Shown here piece after piece: positions 13,482 to 25,272 of a DNA stretch of 64,000 nt. Below the pieces are notes generated by a model. That model was not told where the DNA came from. It was given only the letters and a program-made list of their open reading frames with translations, and made no database searches. Made by a program: the position numbers and the translations under genes. This DNA is from a virus, in IMG/VR virus record IMGVR_UViG_3300045125_000085, positions 80,007-144,006 of that record, one strand, 5' to 3'. Numbering within the stretch: position 1 is the stretch's first letter; every line of letters begins with the position of its first letter.

Positions 13482-14226
13482 GTGGCCGAGTACATCATCC
13501 CCACGATCGGGAGTCAAGGGTATTACCAGATCGCTACTCCATTCGATCGTCTCGTAGCACCTAGTATCAGGTATACCTGTCAAGCAGTACGTACACTCAA
13601 GCATTATCTAGCTGAAGGTCAAGATCCGTTTACCTTGTTCTATAGCCCTAATGGCTTAACCCGAGCTGATTTCGATGCTGACTTCTTAGAGAACATGAGC
13701 ATCGTCGGCTTACAAGCAGAGACGGGTCCTCTGATCTACGTACCGGCACGCTACATCCTGACGTATCCATTACTGGATGGAGTAGCCTATAGGGAGATGA
13801 TGCTCGGTGTCGCATTAGGCAGCGTCCCTGAGGCTTTAGATCTATCTGCTATCAGTACCCGTATCAGTAATGTAGTCCAAGAGAGTCTAGGCATAGCTCC
13901 AGTCATCACGCCAGTACAGATATCAGCTACGGCTATCGTCAGTACTGAGACCGATGCTAGATTAGTAGCTGCTAGACAGGCTCTGATCAGTATGCAGATG
14001 TCAGATAGCACTAGGAGTGACATGTCTACAGTCTATCATCGATCAGCAAGCCCAAGTCATAGCTGAGTTAGAAAAGTACATCATCAGGCACTATGTGAGA
14101 GATACTACCTTTAATGCGGAAGGTGGTTATTACTATGGTAGTAAACCTAAGAGCCGGTATATGAAACAAATGCCTGAAGCTTTACCACCTGAAGTCATGT
14201 TTAAGCTCAGACTTAAACACTCTTAA
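13482..14226 (+). CDS. conserved phiKZ-like hypothetical/structural protein (frameshifted)
   Basis: IIPTIGSQGYYQIATPFD...YTCQAVRTL...IYVPARYI. Confidence 0.55.
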
Positions 14227-14250
14227 TAACGCCATCACTAATAGAGAGAT

Positions 14251-14604
14251 ATGGTAATGATCGCTGATGAGTTTATCGCTAAAATGGCCCATGAGGTCAA
14301 TCGTACGTATTGTGCGATGCTAGGAGACGATAGCCAAGTCAGCTGGGAAGATGCACCTGAATGGCAGAGGACTAGTGCTATCAACGGTGTGACTTTTCAT
14401 AGAGCGAATCCAGATGCTAGAGCTGAAGATAGCCATGCGAATTGGTTGAAAGAGAAGTTAGCGGATGGCTGGCAGTACGGGCCTGTCAAGGACGTAGAGA
14501 AGAAAGAACATCCGTGCTGTGTAGAGTATCATGAGTTACCTGTTGAACAGCAGATCAAGGATAGTCTGTTTAAATCAGTCGTCACGGCTTTGCTAACGCA
14601 CTGA
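14251..14604 (+). CDS. RyR-domain protein
   Basis: HANWLKEKLADGWQYGPVKDVEKKEHPCCVEYHELPVEQQIKD is the RyR repeat signature. Confidence 0.85.
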   Translation: MVMIADEFIAKMAHEVNRTYCAMLGDDSQVSWEDAPEWQRTSAINGVTFHRANPDARAEDSHANWLKEKLADGWQYGPVKDVEKKEHPCCVEYHELPVEQQIKDSLFKSVVTALLTH

Positions 14605-14608
14605 GCGT

Positions 14609-14648
14609 CATAGTGCCCTGAGAGCTCTATAGCTCTCAGGGCACTATG
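14609..14648. repeat. CATA...TATG 40-bp intergenic palindrome (family member)
   Basis: catagtgccctgagagc-tctata-gctctcagggcactatg, between convergent genes. Confidence 0.9.
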
Positions 14649-14724
14649 CTGGGTAAAAAAAAAGGGCACGTACCTGTGCCCAAGAGAGGAGATTACACAC
14701 TAACAAAATCAGTGGAGTTGCTTA

Positions 14725-14905
14725 GATCTAGCGATCGTTAGAGCATTCCATCTTCTCTAAGCAGCTTGAGGTAATAGCAGACCGAACTAGGTGATAAGTT
14801 CATCTGCTTAAGCTATCTCAGGCGGTGAAACCGCGCTGGTACAGAGAGTACACCTGCTGACGCTTACTTTGAAAGTAAGCAGTCGGATTATCTACGATGC
14901 CATCC
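14725..14905 (-). CDS. small HTH protein or domain (frameshifted)
   Basis: Hand translation ...SKRQQVYSLYQRG...EIA.QMNLSPSSVCYYLKLLREDGML. Confidence 0.45.
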
Positions 14906-15316
14906 AGCTCATCCCAACCAGCAGTAATGTCAATAGGGGCAGTCTCTATGTCACCCTACCTTTATAGCCAAGGATGATACGATCACCTATCTGACGGCTA
15001 TACTCAGCACGCTTCTGATGTGCTTCGAATACTCTGTAGAGATCTCTTCGCGCAGGTTTTCGGTCTAGGGTGAAGATGACGTCTTCACCTTTCTGCACAA
15101 TTATCGTACCATCAGGCCAGTTGACGATGTAATGACCGTCACCGCATTCTCAAACGACCGGCTCATTAGAGATAATATCAGCATCGAGATCGAGCCTTAG
15201 TCCAGCTTTTCCTGAAGGACTTGCTTGAGCTTAGGGCACTATGTCGGTGATCTCTAAGCGTGTATCGTCATCGGCTATCCAAACTTTGCCATGCTAACAG
15301 TAGATGCATTACTGCT

Positions 15317-15694
15317 CTAACTGACAAAATACCTCCTGAGATGAATAGGCGAAATAGACTCGACATAGCTGAGTACTTTATGGACTTCCTTGTAGCTCAG
15401 CATGAAGCGTCCACCATTCGGTGGCAGGATGTCTATACCTATAGGCTTTACAATAAGTAAGCCATTGTTTTCTTCCATCATAGGCGCAGAGATCTTTTTG
15501 TTGAATAGTTCTTGCTGTTTGCTATGGTTCATCAGCCTTTCCTTCTTAAGATAATAAGTGATAGTAGGCCCAGTGACGCCGAGCCTCTTGGCGATCTCAG
15601 TCATGCTGTATCCAGAGTTATAAAGCTGGACTATGACTTTGCTGCGAGATTCAGCATAGTTGTTAGCATCAAACTTATTGGTATTGTGGCTCAT
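15317..15694 (-). CDS. HTH DNA-binding protein, early gene (likely extends to about 14950)
   Basis: LYNSGYSMTEIAKRLGVTGPTITYYLKK; early promoter and hairpin upstream. Confidence 0.7.
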   Translation of the reverse strand: MSHNTNKFDANNYAESRSKVIVQLYNSGYSMTEIAKRLGVTGPTITYYLKKERLMNHSKQQELFNKKISAPMMEENNGLLIVKPIGIDILPPNGGRFMLSYKEVHKVLSYVESISPIHLRRYFVS

Positions 15695-15780
15695 GAGGTA
15701 TCCCCTATTATTGATTGAAAATAGTGAGTAGTACGGTATACTCAGTGTAAGTATATATCGCTCTATTCACTTTGAATCTA
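15695..15780 (-). promoter_or_regulatory. early promoter plus 5' hairpin variant
   Basis: ATATATACTTAC then TGAGTA-TACCGTAC-TACTCA (15725-15744). Confidence 0.6.
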
Positions 15781-15811
15781 TACTGCTGTTAGACTCAAGC
15801 AGCTGTTGACC

Positions 15812-18307
15812 TTAAACAGGTTTCAGCTTCAAGCAGCTGTTAAAACTAGCTCCAGGTGCTAACTCCACATTAGCACTACAAAGTATGGTAATATCGCTAT
15901 GTTTCATACTGCCATAAGTCTCGTAGTGATGGCTAACTATGAAGATCTGTGAGAACTGGCTATCGTCGATTAGCTCCTGAATGACTTGATAAGCGGACCG
16001 ACGATGCGCTGGATCCATTCTAGTAGAGAACTCATCCAGCACGAGTGGATAATCGCTCAGACCTAAGTACTGCATCGCTACGACTTTAAACGCTAGATCG
16101 ATGATCTCCTGCATACCAGAGCTAGTCTTAGCGATATCAGGTATGCTGATACTCTCATTGATCTGTACTTGAAACTTATAGTCTAGCTCTAAGCTATCTT
16201 CATCTTCCGGTAAAGTAGCGAGTAGTCGCATAGGGTAGAGCCAGCCTCTAGCGATAAAATGATTCATCTGCTCTACGTAATGACTGATGAATCCCATTAA
16301 GCTTTGAGCAATGAGGCCGCTAGTCGGTGAGAGTTCTTGGGTGAGTTGTTTTAAGGCTTGGCTTTCATGAGTGAGGGTCTCGACTTGTTGTTGGAGGTTA
16401 GCGGCTAAGGCTCTTTGAATGTGGACTTGTGAGAGCGTGCGTTCAGCATTACTGAGTTCTAGGCGTAGAGTCTGGATAGCCTCGTTGAGATGATCGCGGA
16501 TGAGGAGTTGGTTCCAGGCTTCTAGCTGTTGATTACGTTGGCTGAGTAGTCGTGTGAGCGTCTCCTCAATCGACAATAAACGCTGAGCGCTAGTCTTGTA
16601 TTGCTGATAGCGTTTTAAGCGCTGCTGGGCGTTCTGCAGGCTGTTACTGTAGTGCTGATAATCAGCCTGGAGTTGATTATACTCAGTTTGTAAGCGTTGT
16701 AGGAATCCAGCTTCTTGATTTTGCGTGAGTTGCTGTAAAGCAGTTAGTCGAATTATCTCTTGCTCTAAATGTTGGATCTCACAGAGTGCTAGTAGATCTT
16801 GCTCTACGAGTTGCAGTTTACTAGCTATCAGTAAAGGCTGAGATCTTAACCAAGCTTCTTGCTTGATCCATTGCCAGAGTGGAGCTAGTACAGGCCAGCG
16901 AGTGACATAAGTTTGATAAGTCTGACTGCATTGCAGATAAGTCGCTAAGATCTCTAGTTCAGCTTGGAGTGTAGTGAGTTCTTTCGTATAGTTAAAGTGT
17001 TGCTGATTCAGTGACTGGATGTTAGCCTCTAGTCTAGCTACCTTAGCGGGCTGATAGCCTATAGACCATTGATGATTGCATTGCGGGCATTGAGTTTTAC
17101 CGTGGTCTTTATAGTGGAGTTGTTCTTTTAGTAAGAGAGATTGTTTTTGGGTAGACTGCTCTATCTCAGCTAGATACTGCTGGAGTGTGGTTAAATGTTG
17201 TTGTTTAGCCTGATGTTGCTCACGGTTATACGGTACATCGAGTACTGGGATACTGCTACAGAGTTCGATTAAAGGGGTAGTGATAGTCTGTAGGGCTTGT
17301 AGTGCCGAGTCAGGTGAAGGCCAGACTAAAGTAGTCTGACACTGTTGACGGAGTCTCTGCTGTCTAGTCTTAAGCTCCTGTAGCCGCTGTTGTACATCTT
17401 TACTATCCGTGACCGTATTACTCTGAGCTGTATCGACTGCGATCTGAGTCGTCTCTAATTGTAAAGCGAGTTTCTCTAGCAGGATTTGTTGACTGCGACT
17501 CGTGACTTCGGCTTCTTGTATGGCTTGATCGATAGCAGTAAGATCAGTGAATCCTTCTAAGTTAAGAAACTGCTTACGTAAGCTAGGATATTCTTTCAAA
17601 CATTGCTTGAGTTGTAGATCTAGTTGACTGAGTTGCTGCGTATAACTCTGGGTAGTGCCAGTGATATTAGGCTTTCTAGCTAGCAGAGTATCTAAGGCAT
17701 ATCTGAGTACATCGACTTCACTTTGCAGTAGTAATTCTTGCTCTTCAGTCAAGCATTTACTAGCTTCTTGTACGGCCTGAGTCTGAGCTATCTTTAAAGC
17801 ACCTTGCACATCTCTGGCTTGCTCTTTCAGTTTCTGAAACACATTAAGTGCATACGTGTAGCTAATATCAGACAACTTAGTAAACCATTGCCGTCTGTCA
17901 TTAGGACTCATGCTGGTAAAGCGAGTCGTACCGAGTAATAAGCTATGGACTTCTTGGCTTAAGCCAAATAACTGCTTGACTAATTCTTTTTGTTCAGCCA
18001 ACGTACTACTTTGATTTAGCTCTTCACCATCATCCTTAATCAAGCTATGGACTGCGGGTTGGGTAAACTGATTCAGTAAGGTATAGCGTGATTTACCATG
18101 ACTGATTACGACACGCTTATAGCCATCTTTGTAAAAGTCCTGTGATAAAGCTGGCCACGGTGAGAGCTCTTGCAGTAAAGACGATTTACCGCTACCATTC
18201 GTACCGAGTATCTGGTGCACTTTCTTATCAAAGTCAATTTTCAAATAAGCGATTTCACGTAAAGCAAAGCGCTTATAGCCGACGAGTTCGATGCTGTGTA
18301 TTTTCAT
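15812..18307 (-). CDS. sbcC: SbcC/Rad50-like SMC ATPase
   Basis: Walker A GTNGSGKS, long coiled coil, CPQC zinc hook, SSGMQ signature, LVLDEF Walker B, IVSHH. Confidence 0.95.
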   Translation of the reverse strand: MKIHSIELVGYKRFALREIAYLKIDFDKKVHQILGTNGSGKSSLLQELSPWPALSQDFYKDGYKRVVISHGKSRYTLLNQFTQPAVHSLIKDDGEELNQSSTLAEQKELVKQLFGLSQEVHSLLLGTTRFTSMSPNDRRQWFTKLSDISYTYALNVFQKLKEQARDVQGALKIAQTQAVQEASKCLTEEQELLLQSEVDVLRYALDTLLARKPNITGTTQSYTQQLSQLDLQLKQCLKEYPSLRKQFLNLEGFTDLTAIDQAIQEAEVTSRSQQILLEKLALQLETTQIAVDTAQSNTVTDSKDVQQRLQELKTRQQRLRQQCQTTLVWPSPDSALQALQTITTPLIELCSSIPVLDVPYNREQHQAKQQHLTTLQQYLAEIEQSTQKQSLLLKEQLHYKDHGKTQCPQCNHQWSIGYQPAKVARLEANIQSLNQQHFNYTKELTTLQAELEILATYLQCSQTYQTYVTRWPVLAPLWQWIKQEAWLRSQPLLIASKLQLVEQDLLALCEIQHLEQEIIRLTALQQLTQNQEAGFLQRLQTEYNQLQADYQHYSNSLQNAQQRLKRYQQYKTSAQRLLSIEETLTRLLSQRNQQLEAWNQLLIRDHLNEAIQTLRLELSNAERTLSQVHIQRALAANLQQQVETLTHESQALKQLTQELSPTSGLIAQSLMGFISHYVEQMNHFIARGWLYPMRLLATLPEDEDSLELDYKFQVQINESISIPDIAKTSSGMQEIIDLAFKVVAMQYLGLSDYPLVLDEFSTRMDPAHRRSAYQVIQELIDDSQFSQIFIVSHHYETYGSMKHSDITILCSANVELAPGASFNSCLKLKPV

Positions 18308-18374
18308 GATGCTTGCTCTAATACAATAGACCTACAGCATAGCCTTCTTTCCTTGTTTTTTATGAGCCGTCAAT

Positions 18375-19181
18375 ATGAGCGATCAATTAGAAAGTCAACT
18401 CCGCCTTTATTCCTTAGGTATCGTCGTAGCCGATAAAGCCCGTGATAGTGAAGATATACAAGTACACCCTACTGAGATATTGCCTTTAGTCCACGGCCCA
18501 TTGACTGATAAAAAGACTGATGTCAAAAGCGAAGTACCGGATGCTAGTGCCGTACCGCGTAAGAGTGAAACTAAAGTAGCTGACGTACTCACAGCTAAAT
18601 GGCTACCAGGTGATAGTACTAACCGCATGACCGCACCCGATGTCATGGCCGGTGAGACTGTCTTGATCTTTAGGTTCGCGGACAGTGACGAGTATTACTG
18701 GCGTACCGTGTTTCGTGAACCCACTATCCGTAGGCTAGAGACAGTCTATTATGTCTACGGCAATGTCACTGAGCCTTTAAAGGAAATAGGCAAAGAAAAC
18801 TCCTATTGGTTTCAGGTCAGTACGCATGATAAAATCATCAAGCTGCATACGACTAAATGTGATAAAGACCCTAAGGAGCCTTACACGTATGACATAGAGC
18901 TCGATACGGGTAGAGGTATATTGACGATTACAGATGATGTCAAAAACACCATAGTGCTCACCAGTAAAGATGGAGAGCTCAAGATCACGACTAATAAGAA
19001 AGTAGTAGTGAAGAGCAAAGATATCGAGATAGAAGGCAAAGTCTCTATCAAAGGTGATACTAGCATCAAAGGTAATGTCAAACTAGATGGTGCAGTAGAG
19101 ACTACGTCTAACGTAGAGATCAAAGGCAAGATGAACGCCAAAGTAGTCTCCTTTGGTGGTACGACCATGATAGTCCCGTAA
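18375..19181 (+). CDS. baseplate central spike (gp5/GpV-like, phiKZ gp164-like)
   Basis: AKWLPGDSTNRMTAPDVMAGETV; C-terminal beta-helix hexapeptide repeats IEGKVSIKGDTSIKGNV. Confidence 0.8.
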   Translation: MSDQLESQLRLYSLGIVVADKARDSEDIQVHPTEILPLVHGPLTDKKTDVKSEVPDASAVPRKSETKVADVLTAKWLPGDSTNRMTAPDVMAGETVLIFRFADSDEYYWRTVFREPTIRRLETVYYVYGNVTEPLKEIGKENSYWFQVSTHDKIIKLHTTKCDKDPKEPYTYDIELDTGRGILTITDDVKNTIVLTSKDGELKITTNKKVVVKSKDIEIEGKVSIKGDTSIKGNVKLDGAVETTSNVEIKGKMNAKVVSFGGTTMIVP

Positions 19182-19191
19182 AGCGAGTCAG

Positions 19192-19231
19192 CATAGCGCC
19201 CTGAGAGCACTATGGCTCTCAGGGCGCTATG
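19192..19231. repeat. CATA...TATG 40-bp palindrome
   Basis: catagcgccctgagagc-actatg-gctctcagggcgctatg. Confidence 0.9.
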
Positions 19232-19264
19232 ATTGCTACAGACTATCTCGATAAGCTCCGATTT

Positions 19265-20506
19265 CTAGTAGCCATCCCTAGAGTGATCGAACGTATGCAT
19301 AGGTGTCATGCCGCTAGTCACAGTCGTCAAAGCTGGATCAGCTACTGTGTTAAAGACATGATGCTTGTAGAAACTATCCTGTACAGTCAATGACCATTGT
19401 CCATCTTCTAAGCTAGACCAATATTCACCGAGCTTACCTTGACCTATGATCAGGGGATAGATAGGCTTTTGATAGCTGATAAACATACCTGGTAAAGCTG
19501 GGGTCATGAGTCCTCTACGTACCGTAAATAAATGCGGCGTATCGACCACGATCCAAAACGACTGTGGTAAAGTCAAATACTGCTTGACTACCGTATCGGA
19601 ATAGAGTTCAGTCACACTGACGCGCTCAGGATGGAGTACGCTATTTGACAGACTTAAGCTACTGAGATCTAAGTTGACTATAGACTCAAAATAGCGCTCT
19701 ACGTAAGGTAAGTGCTCTAATGACAAAGCATAGCTCGTATCACTGATTTGCCAAAACACCTGAGGATCCGGTAAGACTAGATAGCCGCCTATAGACAGCA
19801 ACACCGTCTGATTAGGCGTAGTAGTCGGTATCGTTAAATACGCTTTGCTATGTAAAGATACATCAGGATTACTAGCGGTAATCTGACTCTCAGTAATAGG
19901 CAGCATAGTCAGCTTACCTATATTAGCGAAACTATATAAGCCGAGTTGATTATTTCTACTTTGTCTAAAGCTCCTACCGCCTTCTTTGACATAGAGTCCA
20001 TCATCGTCATAGTCAGTAGGATGCAGGTAGCCGTTGACGGATACTAAGCAATATGAGTAGAGTTGCTCATAGACTACTGGTGTGCCAGGTCTGATGATAC
20101 GGATATCGTTACGAGCTTCCTGCTCAGCGATCGTGCTATCGGGTCTACCGATGATGGTCAGATCGGCTAGATAGCCTGCTTGAAAGGCGTCTCTGTACTG
20201 CACATAATCGACTCTAGTAGTCGGTAGAGCCGGGATAGTAGGTAGTGCTCTAGTCCCTAGGTCTATGAACCAATTCGCTAAAGTACCTAGATAACCATTA
20301 TACTCAGTGCGTAAGGGTTCTAGGTCTACGTAGACAGTGGCCGCTAAAGCGGTATTACTGAGGGTCAGGATGATGCGTCTATAGGTACTAAAGATAGTAC
20401 TGAGACTCTGGGTCGAGAGGTCGGCATTAGACCACTGTGCCTGTAGGCTGCGATCGAGCACTAAAGCGGAAAGATACTGGTACATAATAGCCTCTGGACT
20501 AGACAT
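19265..20506 (-). CDS. conserved phiKZ-like virion structural protein
   Basis: Near-intact 413 aa ORF with CLVSVNGYLH and LLSIGGYL motifs, in the tail/baseplate block. Confidence 0.65.
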   Translation of the reverse strand: MSSPEAIMYQYLSALVLDRSLQAQWSNADLSTQSLSTIFSTYRRIILTLSNTALAATVYVDLEPLRTEYNGYLGTLANWFIDLGTRALPTIPALPTTRVDYVQYRDAFQAGYLADLTIIGRPDSTIAEQEARNDIRIIRPGTPVVYEQLYSYCLVSVNGYLHPTDYDDDGLYVKEGGRSFRQSRNNQLGLYSFANIGKLTMLPITESQITASNPDVSLHSKAYLTIPTTTPNQTVLLSIGGYLVLPDPQVFWQISDTSYALSLEHLPYVERYFESIVNLDLSSLSLSNSVLHPERVSVTELYSDTVVKQYLTLPQSFWIVVDTPHLFTVRRGLMTPALPGMFISYQKPIYPLIIGQGKLGEYWSSLEDGQWSLTVQDSFYKHHVFNTVADPALTTVTSGMTPMHTFDHSRDGY

Positions 20507-20597
20507 AATGATAAATCAGATGACACATTCACGCTGGCATTTATGCCAGCTTTCCAGGCATTTTTTGCCCCTATACCATTAAATTCGGGAGCCGAAT

Positions 20598-23500
20598 ATG
20601 GCAGTGCTGTATCCATTCGACCCCACGGGGATGGCGGCGGACAACCTCGTGTTCGAGGAGCCGCACGCTGTTACGGAAGCCCATTACCGTGACTACCATT
20701 TCATTATTCCAGATGTCGCACCGTTCTACGCAGAAGGGCTAGTGATTACCTTAGCAGGCAGTGAGCCTACTCCAGGTACTCACAGCTGGCGTCGACTATT
20801 TTGAAGTACTGCCTTATGAAGCGGCTACCCGATCGATCGGGAAGCCGATTTATGGCGCGATCGCTTTGAACAGTCGATGGACGAGTGGCGTACTCTTACT
20901 GACGTACCAGACCTTAGGTGGTCAATGGGTAGCCGATCGCAGCTATGTGTATAAAGCCTTAGCTGAGAAAGCCTATAACCCACGGACCACGGTATGGGAC
21001 GTATTGACGGAATGTCGCTGAGATCTTTCCGCCAATTAACCACACGCAGAACTTTAGCGATTATTACGACGAAGGTCAGCTGATCCAAGCTATCACTCGT
21101 CTAGGTACGGATATCGCTAGAGAAGCCGATAGTCTGCCTATAGTAAGACATCTTAGGAATTTCGACAATCCGCATAAGACCACGAAAGCACAAGTCGGTC
21201 TGCCATTAGTAGAAAACTACCCGATGGCTACGACCGAGCAAGCGCTATCAGGTCAGATACCAAGAAGCCTATATTAGTCCTAAGACATTAGGTGATGTAA
21301 GGACTGCGATTAAGACTGAGTTTAGTACTGGAATCAATGGCGCTATGCGCTGGATCTCTAGTCTGCTCGATCAGCTGAATCGTCATAAAGCTGATCTAAG
21401 CAATCCTCACCAAGTCACTAAAGACCAACTCGGCTTAGATCTGGTCGGTAATTGGCGGATGGCTGAGTCAACTGAAGTCAAAGTCAGTACGTCTGATCCT
21501 GACTTTATGCCGGCGACTGACATTATCGTCAATCCGCAAACTTTAGAACTAGTCCGTCTGTCAGTGCTAGATAACTTAGCCACGGCAGTGACTAATTTAA
21601 ATACTACTATCCGGGTGCTGACTGACCATGTCGATGCCCATAAAGCTAATGAGAATAATCCGCATAAAGTCACCGCTACTCAACTCGGCTTATCAAAGCT
21701 CGGTAACTGGGGCATGGCTACGACTGAAGAAGCGATCACAGGTACGGCTACTGATAGTCTGATTAATCCTAGCACACTAAGGTCAGTACGTAACGAGATC
21801 ACTAAGGATATCGATGCTGCGGGCGATACTATTTATAACCATATTACTGAGACTGTGACCACCATCACGAAGTACATTAATGAAGGTGGTACTGCACTCG
21901 ATACGCATACTGTAGATTATACTAACCCACACCGAGTCACTGCTACGCAAGTTGGATTAGGCAATGTCGCTAATCTACCTTTAGCTACTGATCTCGAAGT
22001 AGCCAATGGTGAATCGCTAGATAAGTACGTCACCCTTAGACAGATCACTACGTATCTGACGGCCAGAGCTGGCTTACTTTACAGCATTGCTATTGCTACT
22101 GAAGTCGTAGAAGGTGAGTCGATAGAAGCTACATTGACTACAGCTAGAGTAGTCTCAGGGACGCAGTACTATTGGAGTATCGTGCATGGGACGACTACTA
22201 CTGCTAACTTTACTGAGAATAGTGGGGTAGTGTACGTTACAGATAATACTGTTGTCTGGAGTATTACAGCTACCTTACAGTCTGAATTTAACCCAGATCG
22301 TAGCTTTAGCCTAATGGTGCGAGAAGATAGCATTGATGGTAGAGTAGTAGCTATCTCAGATCCAGTCACGTTGATCAACGTGACACGCTTACCGGATTAT
22401 CAGTTTAATATAGCACATACGGATGTAATGCTGAGTAAGTCTTGCAGCATGCCGATCTCGCTGACCGTATCGAATACGCCTATTGGTACGACACTGTATT
22501 GGGAAGTAGCACCATTGACGGCTATAGCTGCCAACTTTAAGCAAAAAGCTGGTGAAGTCATAGTCAGCGGTAACGTAGTCAACTGGACGATAGAAGCCTA
22601 TTCGACGATGGCTAACCGCTATCTATCTACCTTTAAGATTAAGCTACGGCGTGGTGCTGCTGACGGTGAAATCGTCGCTATGTCAGAACTACTGACATTC
22701 GTAGGTACTTTATCAGCGGCGCAGGTGGTGACGGCGACGAGTCTATTCGCACCGGGCGTCTCACTGAACGCGGATAACTATTATAAAGTCACGACCTTCC
22801 CACGTGCCGTCAGTAATAATTACGATACGCGTCAAGTGGCGCCGTATAAAGGACGCGCACTGCGTAGACAAACAGGTAGTATGGCTACCTTTAGCTTAGT
22901 ACCATCAGTCAAAATACTGAACGAAGGTGACGGCTTAAGAGTCAACGTAACGACTAGTCGCGATGTAGGCTATCAGACAGTATACTGGAAAGTAATCCAT
23001 ACAGGTACGACGGCGGGTGACTTCGTCCATGATAGCGGTATCTTAGAGATCATCGGTACTAATGGTCATATAGACCTGACGACTATCTTTAAGACGACCG
23101 ATGTAGGTGAGCGTAGCTTTAAAATAGGACTGATGGCATCTAGCTATACAGAAGCACCTTTTGCTACGACTATACCGATCACACTGCTGAATATAGATAC
23201 AGCTACGTTATACCGCATCAGTACTACGAACTGGTCTATCGCTACTAAGCTGACTAAGACATTAAACTTTATAGCTTCTACGAGTAAGTTAGTCAACGGT
23301 ACGAATCTGCGCTGGAAGATCAACCACATCAATACACTCAGTACTGACTTTACGTCAGATGTCGGTGTAGCTATAGTGCAGAATGATGCGACTAGCTTTA
23401 TAGTCAACGTATCTGATCTGATCAAGCGCTTATCAGTCGCTCAGTTTAGAGTCCAGCTATATGAAGGCATTAACCTGTTAGTGACTTCAGCTCTAGTGAC

Positions 23501-23681
23501 CGTCTACTCTGATCTGCAAGCTGCTGGTATCATGCAACTAGAAACACTGTATGATCCGTATGTGACCGCTACCGCACGTAACTACTACTGGGTGAATAAT
23601 GTCGGTAGACGTAGTCTAGTCGATCAGCCCATAGTGCCGCATGACTATCCAGCTCAGTGTGACGAGTGCTACAGTCAGTGA
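20598..23681 (+). CDS. tail fibre/baseplate protein with NPHxVT repeats and Calx-beta/Ig-like domains (frameshifted)
   Basis: YPFDPTG...APFY N-terminus; four H..NPH.(V/T)T..Q.GL repeats; EG.S....TT...YYWSI.H...TT..F...SG repeats. Confidence 0.8.
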
Positions 23682-24780
23682 AGGTAGTAGTCTGACAGCT
23701 AGTCTGACTGCTATCAATATCACTGATCCTACTAACTTCTACTGGAGCATAGAGCACGGTACGACGACTGCGAGTGACTTTACCGCTACGAGTGGTACGG
23801 TCGTAATGACAGCCGGTAGAGCAGACTGGACGATCTCTACTATTTATAGTAGTGTGAATAGTGCTGATAAGACTTACTCGATCGTAGTACGGCCTTTACC
23901 AGAGCACTACAGTCACACCTATCGCATGTAAGGATAATCTGACTATAGGTAATATTTATTATTACGAGCCTACGTATGCTATCAGTAGCAGTCAGTCTAC
24001 ATATGACAGCATGACGGTCACTAGCATCCCAGTCACAGTGACTACGACACATCTGTCGGATACGACGCTGTACTGGAAAGTGATACCGATTACGAGTGGC
24101 TTAGGTAATGGTAGCTTTACTCTGATCCAAGGTAGTGTAGCTGTAAATTCAGGTACAGGTAGTATTGCGGTAGGGATAAAGAGTACGATACAGGCGATTA
24201 ATCCTGCTCAGTTTATCGTGAAGCTATTTAGTGATAGCAGTTACACGACGCAGGTCGCTGTGACAGCTACGATCATAGTGAAGGATCTGACCGTCTACCC
24301 GACTTATAGTTTGACGGTTGGAGTGAGTACGTTAGCTGAAGGCCAATCCTGGCCTCTGAGCCTAGCCACGACGAGCGTCAATAACGACACGACTCTGTAC
24401 TGGACGATACTGCTAGATACAGCTTTAGCTACACAGTTTAAAGCAGTCAGCGGTACTATCCGTACGACGGGTGATACGACGAGCTGGACGATCGCTACTA
24501 ATGCTAGCTTACTCAAAGATATGGTTAGGACCTTTAGAGTCCAGATCCATACAGGTAGTACTAGTGGTACGGTAGTCGCTACGTCCGCTAGCTTAACGAT
24601 CAGTGATATCGTCGGGATAGTGCTCGACATCCATCACGTCATGCCGTGTTGTCTCTACGAGGCGACTAAGCCGATAGATGCTGCCGATTACTATGTGATC
24701 GGTGTCCATACCCCTTACGTCGCTAATCGAGGAGACTCTCCGTGTCTAAAAATCAAGCGTATTTTCATCGCGTCAATCGA
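23641..24780 (+). CDS. Calx-beta/Ig-like repeat tail-fibre accessory protein (frameshifted)
   Basis: SVTSATVSEGSSL...FYWSIEHGTTTASDF; three repeats. Confidence 0.7.
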
Positions 24781-25143
24781 CTGCCTGCGCAGTGTGAACC
24801 TTCAGCTATATATTTCCTGAAAGGTGAGCATGAGCACGACATGGACATGTATGCTGCAGGTAGTGATCCGAATGAGCTACTGCGAGTCATGACGGCGAAG
24901 GACGTCTTAGCCGCTATCATCCAGCGCTTCTCCAGCATCATGCAGATCGTAGTGGTGATCCCGACTCAAAAAGCTGAGATCTCTTACTACAAGTCGTTAT
25001 ATATGAAACGTGTCCATATCGACGCTCGTAGCTACTATTGGGTCAATAACCTAGGTAAGCGTAGACTGCGGTATGGCGGTACTGCTATCATGTATGGCAT
25101 ACGCGTACCGTCTGCCAACGAGATGGAAAATGCTAACTGGTAG
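24742..25143 (+). CDS. small tail-associated protein
   Basis: RVNRLP...AIYF N-terminus; C-terminal DARSYYWVNNLGKRRL motif shared with the upstream fibre proteins. Confidence 0.55.
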   Translation: MSKNQAYFHRVNRLPAQCEPSAIYFLKGEHEHDMDMYAAGSDPNELLRVMTAKDVLAAIIQRFSSIMQIVVVIPTQKAEISYYKSLYMKRVHIDARSYYWVNNLGKRRLRYGGTAIMYGIRVPSANEMENANW

Positions 25144-25272
25144 TAGCTAGGATGTAAGGCGATCTGACTAATCAGATGGAAGATGAGCGAGGGACTGCGT
25201 CGACGCAGCATATAGCCCGGTAGTAGCTACCGGGCTTTTTCTTTGTCTTTTATACTCATGAGGTAATTTACC

